A stretch of 64,000 nucleotides of DNA from Fibrobacterales bacterium (lineage in GTDB: Bacteria; Fibrobacterota; Fibrobacteria; Fibrobacterales; JAOPTW01), in NCBI GenBank assembly GCA_051532055.1, contig JAOPTX010000042.1:85730-149729 (forward strand). The letters are read 5' to 3'. Made by a program: the position numbers and the translations under genes. The notes below the pieces were generated by a model. That model did no database searches. It was not told the origin of the DNA and saw only the letters and a list, made by a program, of their open reading frames with translations. Below are positions 9,907 through 20,844 of this stretch, piece by piece (the first letter of the stretch is position 1; every line of letters starts with the position of its first letter).

Positions 9907-10983
9907 ATGAAATTTGGTGCTGTCTCTTCAGTGATACTTGTTACTTTAGGTTTATCAAACTGTACGATCATGGGGGATGATGAAGGGGACTATTCTTCTC
10001 AGGTGAATGCTCAGTACAGCTCTAGTATAGAGCGTCAGTCATTGTATGAAAATACCGATAGTTATTCTAGTAGTGATGACTATTCTTCGAGTAGCAATCA
10101 AGAGAACCCTTTACCTGAAGAGTATTCTTCATCTGATGTAATAGAGCAGCCCTTATCAAGTGTTTCTGATCTCGATAGTTCTCAATTTGCCGACAAAGAA
10201 TATACCATACTTGGTCCTGTATATCATTTTGAAACAGTTGATTCTATTACCCTCTATCAAACAGCCCTTGAGTGGAGAGGAACCTTCAATTATCTCTCTG
10301 AAGATTTAAAAACAATGGGCACAATTCAGTGTGAAGGTGTGTATTATGATCACACTTGGAAGGGTGCTACCTTCCACAATAAAACACAGACCTGTTTTGG
10401 AAATACTGAAATATATGGTGCTACCTATTCAGAATTTCACATTGTGGATTCAGTCGATCAGGTCTCATTTAAAGTCAAGATGCCTCTAAATAAAATTCGA
10501 GAACCCAAGCTTATAACCGTTGATGCTGTATTAGAAAATAGGTTTTTTGATGGTGATACATTACCTATGTATACGGTATGGGGCGAATTGTCACCTGTTG
10601 TTACTATCTATCAAGAAAGAGTGCATGGGGAGTTTTTCACAACGTGGAGTCTCATGAGTGAATACTATTCAGAACTTTCTCTTACTAAAAAAGGGACGTT
10701 CTCGGTCTCTCGAATATGGGGCTATGATATGGCCGGTGAAAACCAAAGAGGGACCTATTTCTATACACAAGCAGGATTAGTACTTGATTATGAAAGTGGT
10801 CACAGTGATACACTACTCATAAATCAAAGTGGTGAACTTTTGCTTGATGTAGTGCATGCCTTTGGAGATAAGGATGACCATAAGAATCGCTTTACGCTTC
10901 TCACGGGTGTTCATTCCAAAAAAGTTTCAAATATTAGATTATACCACAAGTTAAACGAAGTCACAAACAACCTTCATTATTAA
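9907..10983 (+). CDS. Hypothetical lipoprotein with Ser-rich N-terminal linker
   Basis: 'LGLSNC' lipobox, Ser/acidic tract, 358-aa ORF. Confidence 0.6.
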   Translation: MKFGAVSSVILVTLGLSNCTIMGDDEGDYSSQVNAQYSSSIERQSLYENTDSYSSSDDYSSSSNQENPLPEEYSSSDVIEQPLSSVSDLDSSQFADKEYTILGPVYHFETVDSITLYQTALEWRGTFNYLSEDLKTMGTIQCEGVYYDHTWKGATFHNKTQTCFGNTEIYGATYSEFHIVDSVDQVSFKVKMPLNKIREPKLITVDAVLENRFFDGDTLPMYTVWGELSPVVTIYQERVHGEFFTTWSLMSEYYSELSLTKKGTFSVSRIWGYDMAGENQRGTYFYTQAGLVLDYESGHSDTLLINQSGELLLDVVHAFGDKDDHKNRFTLLTGVHSKKVSNIRLYHKLNEVTNNLHY

Positions 10984-11161
10984 TAGGGATGACAGTATCC
11001 ATCAGAGATCAATTTATTTAATCGGTTGAGTAAGTATTTAAATGCGATTTAATGATGTTTTCTAAGCATAATAAGCTTAAAAACTTACACGTCTAAACAA
11101 TATTAAATTAGGTTTAATCTATATTATTCCATAATTCTGTGGAATTACTCGAGGTAACAGG

Positions 11162-12364
11162 ATCAGTGATACGGAAGAGCAACTCAATACTAAAAATTGG
11201 TTTGAACTGGATTGGCAGAAAGAACTAAAAAATAACATCACAACAATTGATGAATTGAAACTCTATATAGACTTGTCAGACGAGGTAGAGACCGAGTTGA
11301 GGGAGGTTGTCCAAAAGCACCCAATGAATATCCCGCGCTACTATTTGAATCTTATAGATAGGTCCGATGTAAACGACCCTATTAAAAAGCTCGCTGTTCC
11401 TAGTGCAGATGAACTTACTATAATGGGAAGCATGGGTGAAACCACTAAAGATCCGTATGGTGATGACAAGCACAATAAAGGAAATGGTATTTTACATAAA
11501 TACCCATATTCTGCATTGATTGTAGCCACAGATTATTGTTCTATGTATTGTCGACACTGTTTTAGAAAAGCAATTGTTGGACTCCCCAATGATAAGACTG
11601 TCGAAAACTTTCAAAAAGCCACCGAATACATTCGGGAACATACCGAAATAACAAATGTTGTGATCTCAGGTGGCGACCCTTTGCTTATAGGTACAAAGCG
11701 GCTAAAGAAAATGCTTGATTGTTTACTCGATATTGACCATGTCAATTACGTGCGTATTGGGACGCGAACCCCAGTAGTGTATCCTATGAGATTTTTTGAC
11801 GATGAATTGATGGAGTACCTTAAAGAGTTTAATAAAAAGAAAACACTCTATATTCCAACCCACTTTAATCATGCTCATGAGATTACTGAAGCAGCAACTG
11901 CTGCCATACTTAAAATTAGAGAGGCGGGTATAACCGTCAATAATCAGGCCGTTCTTCTTAAAGGGGTGAACGATAGTGTTGAAGCTATAGAAAATCTTAT
12001 GAATGGCCTCACTAAAATTGGGGTCAACCCGTACTATCTCTATCAATGTATGCCGGTCACTCGGGTGCGTCATCATTTTCAAGTACCTCTAAAAGTTGGT
12101 GTTGATATCGTTGATACCGCCCGTCAAACATTGGATGGGTACGCTAAGCGGTTTAAATTTATCATGGGTCACGACAGTGGTAAAATTGAAATTTGTGGCA
12201 GAATAGAAGACAAACTCATACTCAAACAAATTCATTCACGTCCTGATCAGCCTGACATGGCAAGCCGTATGATGATAATGCAATTTGATGATAAGGCGGG
12301 TTGGATGGATGATATGCAAGAGATATCATTAAGTAAAACCCCTACAGAAGTGGAATCTACTTAA
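11162..12364 (+). CDS. KamA family radical SAM enzyme (lysine 2,3-aminomutase-like); start probably upstream of the TTG at 11255
   Basis: 'CSMYCRHCFRK', 'VVISGGDPL', 'RIGTRTPVVYPMR', 'THFNH', 'NQAVLLKGVND', 'PYYLYQC'; conserved 'DWQKELKNNITTIDEL' lies in frame upstream of 11255. Confidence 0.85.
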   Translation: MSDTEEQLNTKNWFELDWQKELKNNITTIDELKLYIDLSDEVETELREVVQKHPMNIPRYYLNLIDRSDVNDPIKKLAVPSADELTIMGSMGETTKDPYGDDKHNKGNGILHKYPYSALIVATDYCSMYCRHCFRKAIVGLPNDKTVENFQKATEYIREHTEITNVVISGGDPLLIGTKRLKKMLDCLLDIDHVNYVRIGTRTPVVYPMRFFDDELMEYLKEFNKKKTLYIPTHFNHAHEITEAATAAILKIREAGITVNNQAVLLKGVNDSVEAIENLMNGLTKIGVNPYYLYQCMPVTRVRHHFQVPLKVGVDIVDTARQTLDGYAKRFKFIMGHDSGKIEICGRIEDKLILKQIHSRPDQPDMASRMMIMQFDDKAGWMDDMQEISLSKTPTEVEST

Positions 12365-13148
12365 CGATAAATTCACCGCGCCGTGAGCTCTCAAAGAGCT
12401 CTTTAAAGCGCCCGCTTTTTTTTAAGCTCTTTAATCCTTTATTAAAGAGCGTTAAAAGTCGTTTGTTGTTTGGAACTTTTTTAGACATAAGCATAACCAC
12501 AGGTTCCGAATACAACGGCGTCTTGTGGTGAGTTAGACGCGCCGCTTGCTCCGGGGTGAAGTTTTTATGAATCAAAGAGTACCCAAAATTCAGGTCAACA
12601 GGAAATGCAGATATTCTGCCACTCAATAATTTTTTGAAATTAAGTAATTCACTACTGGTACGGTCAACAGTAATAAGACCTGACTTTTCTGCCTTTTCAA
12701 ACTCATCTAAATAATTATAATAATAAACTCCACCTAATGCTTTACCAGAAAGATCATTGATCGTTTGCCAATCAAATAGAGTGTCTTTTAGATGAAAAAA
12801 AACCATACTTTCATCCATAAATGAGTCAGTAAAATAGAAATGGGTTTTCCGCTCTTCTACAGGTGACCAGCCGGGAGTAGCATCTTTGGTTCCATGTTCT
12901 ACTTCCAATAGAGCTCGTTGCCAGGGCTCATACTCAAATTGTACTGTTATACCTTCAAGTTCAAAAGCCTCTACTATGATTTGAGCGATAACACCATCAT
13001 TTTTTAAATCTTTTGATATATAGGGGTCCCATTCACCAACAGCAATTGATATAGAATTTTGTGCCAATAGAGGGGAAGTAGCGAGCATCACTATACTGAA
13101 ACAATGAATTAACTTTAATCTAAAACACATAATACTCTTTAGGCTCAC
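12357..13148 (-). CDS. Periplasmic substrate-binding protein, family 3 (orphan)
   Basis: Signal peptide; 'GEWDPY', 'PWQRAL', 'ERKTHFYFTD', 'NFKKLLSGRI', 'FNKGLKSLKKSG'. Confidence 0.85.
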   Translation of the reverse strand: MSLKSIMCFRLKLIHCFSIVMLATSPLLAQNSISIAVGEWDPYISKDLKNDGVIAQIIVEAFELEGITVQFEYEPWQRALLEVEHGTKDATPGWSPVEERKTHFYFTDSFMDESMVFFHLKDTLFDWQTINDLSGKALGGVYYYNYLDEFEKAEKSGLITVDRTSSELLNFKKLLSGRISAFPVDLNFGYSLIHKNFTPEQAARLTHHKTPLYSEPVVMLMSKKVPNNKRLLTLFNKGLKSLKKSGRFKELFESSRRGEFIVK

Positions 13149-13418
13149 ATTAATCTACTGTTAATAGTATATCATATTATTTTAAAGTTTGGTATTCAAT
13201 TACCTCAGCTGTAAAAGACCACAACAACATAATGTGAACATTAACTCAGCATCACAAAAACCTCTCCCCTCAAACACCTAAACTAAACGAGTCAGATATC
13301 TAGATTTAAAAAAAATCAAGACCTTTAGATATGCCAATTCCGGCATCGTATTATTGTAGTAACATTTCTCCCCTTAAGCATTTATACAATACACACACAA
13401 CAAAGGAAACAATTACCT

Positions 13419-15614
13419 ATGAAAAGTATCTATGAATTATCGAAATTCAAACAAATACTACTTCTGATTATGATTTCACAGATGGCTCTTTTTGCTCAAT
13501 CTGTTAAAACGTCTGAAGTAGATGTTGTCATTAAAACCACTTGTGGGACAGAAACACTCTGTGCCTGTAAGCTTGATGATGGCCATATCCGTCTTATTTT
13601 TGACGATGCAACAACACACTCTGACCCACGCTTTTATGTAGGGGAAGGGTCTATTGGTTCTGTGGGGTTGTATCATGCAAATGAACGGCCAACATCTACT
13701 GATGGCACTGCAAGCTTTTATGATGATCTCGACCATGATTATTCTGGGGGCACTGTTCATTTCAATGTGTTCGCAGACAATATGTGGTCACCTGGAACAG
13801 GAGGTACGGATTTTGCCTATTTTGATAAATCATCATTAAACCTTTGTTCAGGGCCAATAAGCTCATCTTCACAAATGAGCAGTAGTTCACAACCGTCTTC
13901 ATCTTCTGTAATCAGTTCATCATCCGTCATCAGCTCCTCTTCTGTAGTGAGCAGTAGTTCAGTTGTTTCATCATCATCGGTAATAAGCAGTAGCTCGGTA
14001 CTATCAAGTTCAAGCACTATTCCAGGTTCAGAATGTGGTACAGAGTCACTCTGTGCATGTAAACTTGACGATGGTACCGTACGTGTTATTTTTGATAACC
14101 AATCTCCATTTGTAGACCCTCGGTTCTTTATGGGTAAAGGTGGCGTAGGCTCTAATGGTTTATATCATGCAAATGCGACTGCAACATCGACATCAGGAAC
14201 AGCGTTCTACTTTGATGAAGATGATCATGACTATACAGGGAGCACCATCCATTTCAATGCCTTTGCCGAAGGATCATGGCATCCAGGTGTTGGAAGTACT
14301 CAAATGATTTATGTTGATGAAACAGCAATGAACCTCTGTTCAGGCCCTGTAAGCTCATCTTCACAAATGAGTAGTAGTTCACAACCATCATCATCTTCTG
14401 TAATCAGTTCATCATCAGTCATCAGCTCCTCTTCTGTAGTGAGCAGTAGTTCAGTTGTTTCATCATCATCAGTAATAAGCAGTAGCTCGGTACTATCAAG
14501 TTCAAGCACTATTCCAGGTTCAGAATGTGGTACAGAGTCACTCTGTGCATGTAAACTTGACGATGGTACCGTACGTGTTATTTTTGATAACCAATCTCCA
14601 TTTGTAGACCCTCGGTTTTTTATGGGTAAAGGTGGCGTAGGCTCTAATGGTTTATATCATGCAAATGCGACAGCAACATCGACATCAGGAACTGCGTTCT
14701 ACTTTGATGAAGTTGATCATGACTATACAGGGAACACCATCCATTTCAATGCGTTTGCTGAAGGATCATGGTATCCTGGTGTTGGAAGTACTCAAATGAT
14801 TTATGTCGATGAGACAGCAATGAACCTCTGTTCAGGCCCTGTAAGTTCATCATCACAAATGAGTAGCAGTTCACAGACATCATCATCTTCGGTTGTTAGT
14901 TCATCATCCGTCATCAGCTCTTCTTCGGTTGTAAGCAGTAGCTCGGTTATTTCTTCTTCATCGGTACTGTCTAGTTCAAGTTCACTTCCTGGAGCTGCAT
15001 GCGGTACAGAAACTATCTGTGCTTGTGCACTCGGTAATGGTAATGTTCGTATACTTCTTGATAACGAAATGACCTATTCTGATCCTCGATTTTTTATTGG
15101 CGAAGGTAATGTTGGTTCAACAGGTCTCTATTTTGCAAATGCAAGAGCATCGTCAAATACGGGAACCGTCTACGCCTTCGATGAAACAGCGCATAACTAT
15201 ACAGGGAAATATGTGCATTTCAATATTTTTGCTGATGGACAGTGGTTCCCAGGGGCAAGTGGTTCTGAAATGCTCTTTGTTGAACACGCTTCACTTTCTC
15301 AGTGTGTTACCGGTGGCAATGGTCCTGTAGTATTGACGAAACCAGGAACTATAGCACCAATACTGAAAAGTTCATTTATTTCTGAAATTCACTCAGTTAC
15401 ACAATCTGGCTTAACCTACAGTGCTACACAAGATGCCGTAAGTAGCGTGCAAGTCTTTACCATTAATGGTACGAAAATTGTGGGAATGAACTATGCTCAA
15501 CAAGCGGGATTAAATGAACTTTCATTTAGTCGTTCACTTGATAATGGTATCTATTATTTGAAAATAACTCATGGTGCAGCAGTACCATTTAAGCACCTCT
15601 TTTACATTAAATAG
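13419..15614 (+). CDS. Secreted protein with four copies of a ~103-aa Cys-containing domain, Ser-rich linkers and a T9SS-type C-terminal domain
   Basis: Repeats begin 'CGTE(T/S)(L/I)CAC' at 13542, 14034, 14526 and 15000; C-terminus 'VQVFTINGTKI...LDNGIYYLKI'; RBS AAAGGA. Confidence 0.8.
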   Translation: MKSIYELSKFKQILLLIMISQMALFAQSVKTSEVDVVIKTTCGTETLCACKLDDGHIRLIFDDATTHSDPRFYVGEGSIGSVGLYHANERPTSTDGTASFYDDLDHDYSGGTVHFNVFADNMWSPGTGGTDFAYFDKSSLNLCSGPISSSSQMSSSSQPSSSSVISSSSVISSSSVVSSSSVVSSSSVISSSSVLSSSSTIPGSECGTESLCACKLDDGTVRVIFDNQSPFVDPRFFMGKGGVGSNGLYHANATATSTSGTAFYFDEDDHDYTGSTIHFNAFAEGSWHPGVGSTQMIYVDETAMNLCSGPVSSSSQMSSSSQPSSSSVISSSSVISSSSVVSSSSVVSSSSVISSSSVLSSSSTIPGSECGTESLCACKLDDGTVRVIFDNQSPFVDPRFFMGKGGVGSNGLYHANATATSTSGTAFYFDEVDHDYTGNTIHFNAFAEGSWYPGVGSTQMIYVDETAMNLCSGPVSSSSQMSSSSQTSSSSVVSSSSVISSSSVVSSSSVISSSSVLSSSSSLPGAACGTETICACALGNGNVRILLDNEMTYSDPRFFIGEGNVGSTGLYFANARASSNTGTVYAFDETAHNYTGKYVHFNIFADGQWFPGASGSEMLFVEHASLSQCVTGGNGPVVLTKPGTIAPILKSSFISEIHSVTQSGLTYSATQDAVSSVQVFTINGTKIVGMNYAQQAGLNELSFSRSLDNGIYYLKITHGAAVPFKHLFYIK
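13839..14870 (+). repeat. Near-identical intragenic tandem duplication, 492-bp period
   Basis: 'aacct(t/c)tgttcagg' recurs at 13839, 14331 and 14823; units 2 and 3 are almost identical at the DNA level. Confidence 0.9.
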
Positions 15615-15662
15615 AAAATGTGTAAAAGAATAAATTTTGAATAAAAAAATAAATAAGTAAAT

Positions 15663-15700
15663 AAGCTCACTATGATATATCCTTGATCATAGTGAGCTTT
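15663..15700. terminator. Hairpin terminator between convergent genes
   Basis: AAGCTCACTATGAT-n9-ATCATAGTGAGCTT(T). Confidence 0.8.
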
Positions 15701-15733
15701 TGCATAGAAGGGATTTTATTAGTATCAGTATGA

Positions 15734-17323
15734 TTAAGGCCTGAGATCCACTTGTTCTTGCCAGTTACTGGTATTAACACCGTACATTCCATTCATAAAC
15801 ATAAGATCAGCGTGATGATCATTACCGGATGCATCGGTTACTCTATGAGCGTAAATAGGATTGTAATTAAAGTCATAACTCGCTACGAGCTTATCAGTAT
15901 CAGATAAATGATCGGTAGTACTATACAAGTTATTGAGCAGTTCTTCACTCGATAGAGCCCTATTCCAAATTCGAATATTATCCATTTCACCGAGTACACG
16001 CCCTTCAGTTATTTTGGAATTTGTTCCCAAAAAGTTGTGAGAGCGACTTGTTACTGTTGGGATTAATGATATATCTTCTTGAACTTCTTTCTCCAATACA
16101 CCATTCACATACATTGAAAGAGTACCTGTTGGTGTGAGGGTTACCGCTACTTGTGTCCAAAGGCCAATATGAATGACAGAATCAAGCTTTTCCTGCTGCA
16201 TTTCACTGTTAATGTTACAGAAACTTTCATTACATACCGAATACGTCAATGATCCTACAGTATTATCAAGTGTTACCCCTAATGAAATCATATATTCATA
16301 ATCCGATCCTCTAGATAGGTGTATCATATGAGTATTATCTTCAATCAAGTCAAATTTAACCCAGAGCTCGAAGGTGAGTCCATAGCTCATCCAATCATAC
16401 TCAAAATCAGTATTAATATCAATAAATTCATTACCACCATTTAAATGAATAATTTCTGTAGTATCTAAGTAGTAGTTAGATGACTCCATAACCAATTCTG
16501 AGGATGATACTAATGCAATTGAAGAGGATGATTGCTCCTCGGATGAAGACACAACCGATGAAGAACTATTATCTGACGAGGACAATGGCGTCGCAATAAC
16601 CGATGAAGAAGTTTGAGAAGCAACTTCGGACGAAGAGGATTCAATCGATGATAGCGAAAGTGATTGGCTACTACTTTCTTTATACTCAAGGATGATATTT
16701 TCATCTGGACTTATAGTCATTTCGTCAATTCCTATAGTTACATCAAAAGACTTTGTTGATGAATAATACTTTGGAATAGGGTAGACTCCAGGAGGAATTG
16801 ATGTAAATTCAACTGTTCCAAGGCTATCATTCATAACTGTAACACCACTAGAAAATGTGGTATTCAAAATATAAAGCCTTCCCTCTGTTTCCAATTTGTG
16901 TAATGGTATTTTTATTGTAACCGTACTGGTAGGGAGAAGGGTGTCTACAAAAGATATCAGTGAATCTGATGTCATAATTATATTTGAACGGTAATGACCA
17001 ATGGTATATGATTTATTACGAATTTCGATTGCATAAGTACCGGAGTCGACATCAGAAAACTCATAATAACCCAATTCATCAGTTTCTGTAGTTGTTCTTT
17101 GTATTTCGAAACTATCTACTATTGGATTATAATTTGCAGGAATCAGTGACACCTGAGCATTTGGCTCTAATTCACCGGAGGGAGAATGGAGTACCCCAGC
17201 AAATTTTCCACCGGTTTCAATATCAGTAATACCACTTGTAGTTCCCTCATCTGAGAGCGAACAACTCGTGAGTGCTAGGCTTAATACTATTGGAATACTT
17301 ACAAAACATTTCAATTTAAACAT
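15734..17323 (-). CDS. Lipoprotein with carboxypeptidase-regulatory-like (CnaB-type) domain, Ser-rich linker and LamG/concanavalin-like domain
   Basis: 'LALTSC' lipobox; 'TTETDELGYYEFSDVDSGTYAI'; 'WTQVAVT...MYVNG...GEMDNIRIWNRALS'. Confidence 0.8.
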   Translation of the reverse strand: MFKLKCFVSIPIVLSLALTSCSLSDEGTTSGITDIETGGKFAGVLHSPSGELEPNAQVSLIPANYNPIVDSFEIQRTTTETDELGYYEFSDVDSGTYAIEIRNKSYTIGHYRSNIIMTSDSLISFVDTLLPTSTVTIKIPLHKLETEGRLYILNTTFSSGVTVMNDSLGTVEFTSIPPGVYPIPKYYSSTKSFDVTIGIDEMTISPDENIILEYKESSSQSLSLSSIESSSSEVASQTSSSVIATPLSSSDNSSSSVVSSSEEQSSSSIALVSSSELVMESSNYYLDTTEIIHLNGGNEFIDINTDFEYDWMSYGLTFELWVKFDLIEDNTHMIHLSRGSDYEYMISLGVTLDNTVGSLTYSVCNESFCNINSEMQQEKLDSVIHIGLWTQVAVTLTPTGTLSMYVNGVLEKEVQEDISLIPTVTSRSHNFLGTNSKITEGRVLGEMDNIRIWNRALSSEELLNNLYSTTDHLSDTDKLVASYDFNYNPIYAHRVTDASGNDHHADLMFMNGMYGVNTSNWQEQVDLRP

Positions 17324-17331
17324 ATTACTCT

Positions 17332-18162
17332 CTACTCTTCGTGGTGATCACTTAATGGAAACAGGTTTATATTCAACATATAGACTTGTTCTGCTACTGT
17401 GGTATTAAGGGCAAGTTTCATGAGTTTTGAACGACAATCTCTTATAATATCAACGGCTTGAGAATAACTCTCTTTGGTCACACTCATTGTTGTTGAGGAT
17501 GATAGGCGTTGTCTTGGTTTCCAGCGATCAAATGACGCAATGGCCATTTGAAGCATCTCAATTTGATAATTTACTACTTGGTGAGAACTGAAATTATTCT
17601 GATGACTACTGCTGAGAACTGGTTCAGTCTGTACAAATACGTCATTGTCATGTGTCAAAAATCCAAGTTTTAAAAGAAGTTCTACTGAATCCTGAGCTGC
17701 CTTAGCAGGAATAGATGGTTTTAAAAACTGCCCAAGGGCTGCGTAGTTTCCTTTAAAGTCATATATAAGAACCGCTTCACGAATTGCACTATGATACCAT
17801 TGAGAGAGGTACTCAAACTGTTCTTCTTTTAGATGTTTAATATTTCTGATTTTCTGTTGCTCAATAATTTTTTCAAAAAAGATCTGCTGTGCTTTTACTG
17901 ACTTCGCTTGATTAAAAGATACGAGATTTTCAAAGTACTCAGCTTCTTCATCGCCGAGTGCAAATGCGATACAGGTCTTTAAAATAGTTTCTTTTGTAAG
18001 GTTTCTCTTTCCCTTAACAACCTGAGTGTAGAATGAAGTAGAGTTGATGCCAGCTTTTTGAGCGTAATAGCGCCATGAGAAAGAACGATTTTGAGTAGAC
18101 TTCATCGCTTGATGGTCTCTTAAAAAAAGTCGATAGTCAGAATAATCATATACTGAAATCAT
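17332..18162 (-). CDS. TIGR02147 family protein (Fibrobacter paralogous family, N-terminal HTH-like region)
   Basis: 'VYDYSDYRLFLRD...FSWRYYAQKAG..STSFY..VVKGKRNL', 'YFENLVSFNQA', 'WYHSAIRE', 'VYMLNINLFPL'. Confidence 0.88.
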   Translation of the reverse strand: MISVYDYSDYRLFLRDHQAMKSTQNRSFSWRYYAQKAGINSTSFYTQVVKGKRNLTKETILKTCIAFALGDEEAEYFENLVSFNQAKSVKAQQIFFEKIIEQQKIRNIKHLKEEQFEYLSQWYHSAIREAVLIYDFKGNYAALGQFLKPSIPAKAAQDSVELLLKLGFLTHDNDVFVQTEPVLSSSHQNNFSSHQVVNYQIEMLQMAIASFDRWKPRQRLSSSTTMSVTKESYSQAVDIIRDCRSKLMKLALNTTVAEQVYMLNINLFPLSDHHEE

Positions 18163-18245
18163 ACGGGGTATCTCACATTGTCTCTATCTTTTTGCTCTGC
18201 TAATCTATTCATTATACCTAAATTCCGCTTTTATTTACAACTACT

Positions 18246-18299
18246 AAAAAACAATAGATCTGAATCATTCTTAAAAATTAGAGTAAATTCAGATCTATT
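18246..18299 (-). terminator. Probable intrinsic terminator downstream of the small ORF
   Basis: 13-bp inverted repeat AATAGATCTGAAT (18253-65) / ATTCAGATCTATT (18287-99), followed on the minus strand by a T run. Confidence 0.65.
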
Positions 18300-18315
18300 A
18301 GTCCGTTATATGAGT

Positions 18316-18498
18316 TCAAATAAGTGTAGTGATACTTGCGTACGAAACGACAAGTGCAATTATTCCAATAAATGAGTATTGGATGAGGTCGATTAATATT
18401 TCTTCTGCTTTACTCATAGAAGTATCCTCTTTTGACAACAGTTGAGTGTTTGCTGTAGGTGCTTTTCTCATGGTGCGAGTCTTTGTTGTTGTTGTCAT
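18316..18498 (-). CDS. Small (60 aa) protein with basic N-terminus and one C-terminal hydrophobic helix
   Basis: MTTTTKTRTMRKAPT...YSFIGIIALVVSYASITTLI; palindromes upstream and a terminator downstream. Confidence 0.55.
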   Translation of the reverse strand: MTTTTKTRTMRKAPTANTQLLSKEDTSMSKAEEILIDLIQYSFIGIIALVVSYASITTLI

Positions 18499-18560
18499 AG
18501 GTATAATATATAGTCGAACAGTGCTGAGAGGAATATTTGTGTACACAAGTGATCACATTC

Positions 18561-18642
18561 CGGTTACAGTTGTAACCGCTATTGGCTCATATAGCTGTTA
18601 AACGTTGTTTTTGATGATTAAAGCGGTTACAAGGCGTAACCG
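18561..18642. promoter_or_regulatory. Pair of related palindromic operator-like sites
   Basis: CGGTTACA-gt-TGTAACCG (18561-78) and CGGTTAC-aaggc-GTAACCG (18624-42), 63 bp apart. Confidence 0.6.
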
Positions 18643-18763
18643 TGATTGAGCTCTATTATCGGAATTATGTGAAACTGTTTTGATTAAAAAGTATATCATC
18701 CACAAATAAATAAAATTACTCAAGGTGAAAATGAAAGATGTGCTACAATACTACAGATAGTAC

Positions 18764-19891
<1,128 letters not shown>

Positions 19892-19941
19892 ATTAGACCT
19901 AAATAGAAAGGGGAAACAAAATAAATGTAATTAAATTGGCG

Positions 19942-20763
19942 TTAAATACCGTACATGACCCGGGTATTTTCTCTGCATGCAGTGTAGACAGTTTCGAGTG
20001 AGATCTTTTTGACTTCAGCGATCATTTCTGCTATGTGTGGAATCATTCCAGGATGTGCCTTTTTACCTCTAAAAGGAATGGGAGCCATATATGGGCCATC
20101 GGTTTCTAGAAGAATTTGATCCATAGGGAGCCATTCAAGCGCTTCACGAATAGAATCGGAGTTTTTAAAGGTTATAACACCAGTGAATCCAAAAAAGAGT
20201 CTTTTTTTAAGAGATATAAGTGATTTCATAAAAGTAAGATCACCAGTATAACAGTGAATATGAGTAGGAATGGTGTCGGGAAGGTGCTCTTTTAAAATTG
20301 TAAGTGTATCCTCTTCAGCTTCTCGAGTGTGAATAAGAATTGGTTTGTTAAGAGATGCTGCGGCTTTTAATTGTTTAATGAAAATTGCGATTTGGACATC
20401 ACGTGGAGAAAAGTCATAATGATAGTCCAGTCCCATTTCACCCCAAGCAACAACCTTTTTAAGAGCCATAGCTGCAACCAGTTTTTCGTGTACCGTATCA
20501 GTATACTCTTTTGCATCATGAGGATGTATCCCTAAGGCTCCAAAGACTTCAGGGCATGATTGAATAATACTCAGTCCAAAGTCAAGAGTTGCCGTCTCAC
20601 ACGATACATTAATAGCCCCTTCATATTCGGAAGGGAAAAGCTCCTTGAGTTTATTGTAGTGGGTTAAAACTGTTTCAGGAGAAATATCTGTGATCATCTC
20701 CTGGTTATCAAGATTCATTTTAGCGATTATGGAGTCAATATGGCAATGGGTATCAATATACAT
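19942..20763 (-). CDS. tatD: TatD family hydrolase
   Basis: 'IDTHCH', 'GIHPH', 'GEMGLDY', 'IHTREA', 'HCYTG', 'LLETDGPY'. Confidence 0.95.
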   Translation of the reverse strand: MYIDTHCHIDSIIAKMNLDNQEMITDISPETVLTHYNKLKELFPSEYEGAINVSCETATLDFGLSIIQSCPEVFGALGIHPHDAKEYTDTVHEKLVAAMALKKVVAWGEMGLDYHYDFSPRDVQIAIFIKQLKAAASLNKPILIHTREAEEDTLTILKEHLPDTIPTHIHCYTGDLTFMKSLISLKKRLFFGFTGVITFKNSDSIREALEWLPMDQILLETDGPYMAPIPFRGKKAHPGMIPHIAEMIAEVKKISLETVYTACRENTRVMYGI

Positions 20764-20844
20764 GAGATTCTTACGATCAAAGGTTCTATAGTGAGTAAAT
20801 GTAATAACTAACAGAAAAGCTGTGAATAAAGTCTTTTCCTATAC

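Noticed and set aside
13817..14509. Two nearly identical 66-aa minus-strand ORFs
   Set aside because: Antisense shadows of the duplicated Ser-rich linker
18561..18654. Mini CRISPR array
   Set aside because: Only two imperfect copies and no cas genes; fits operator sites better
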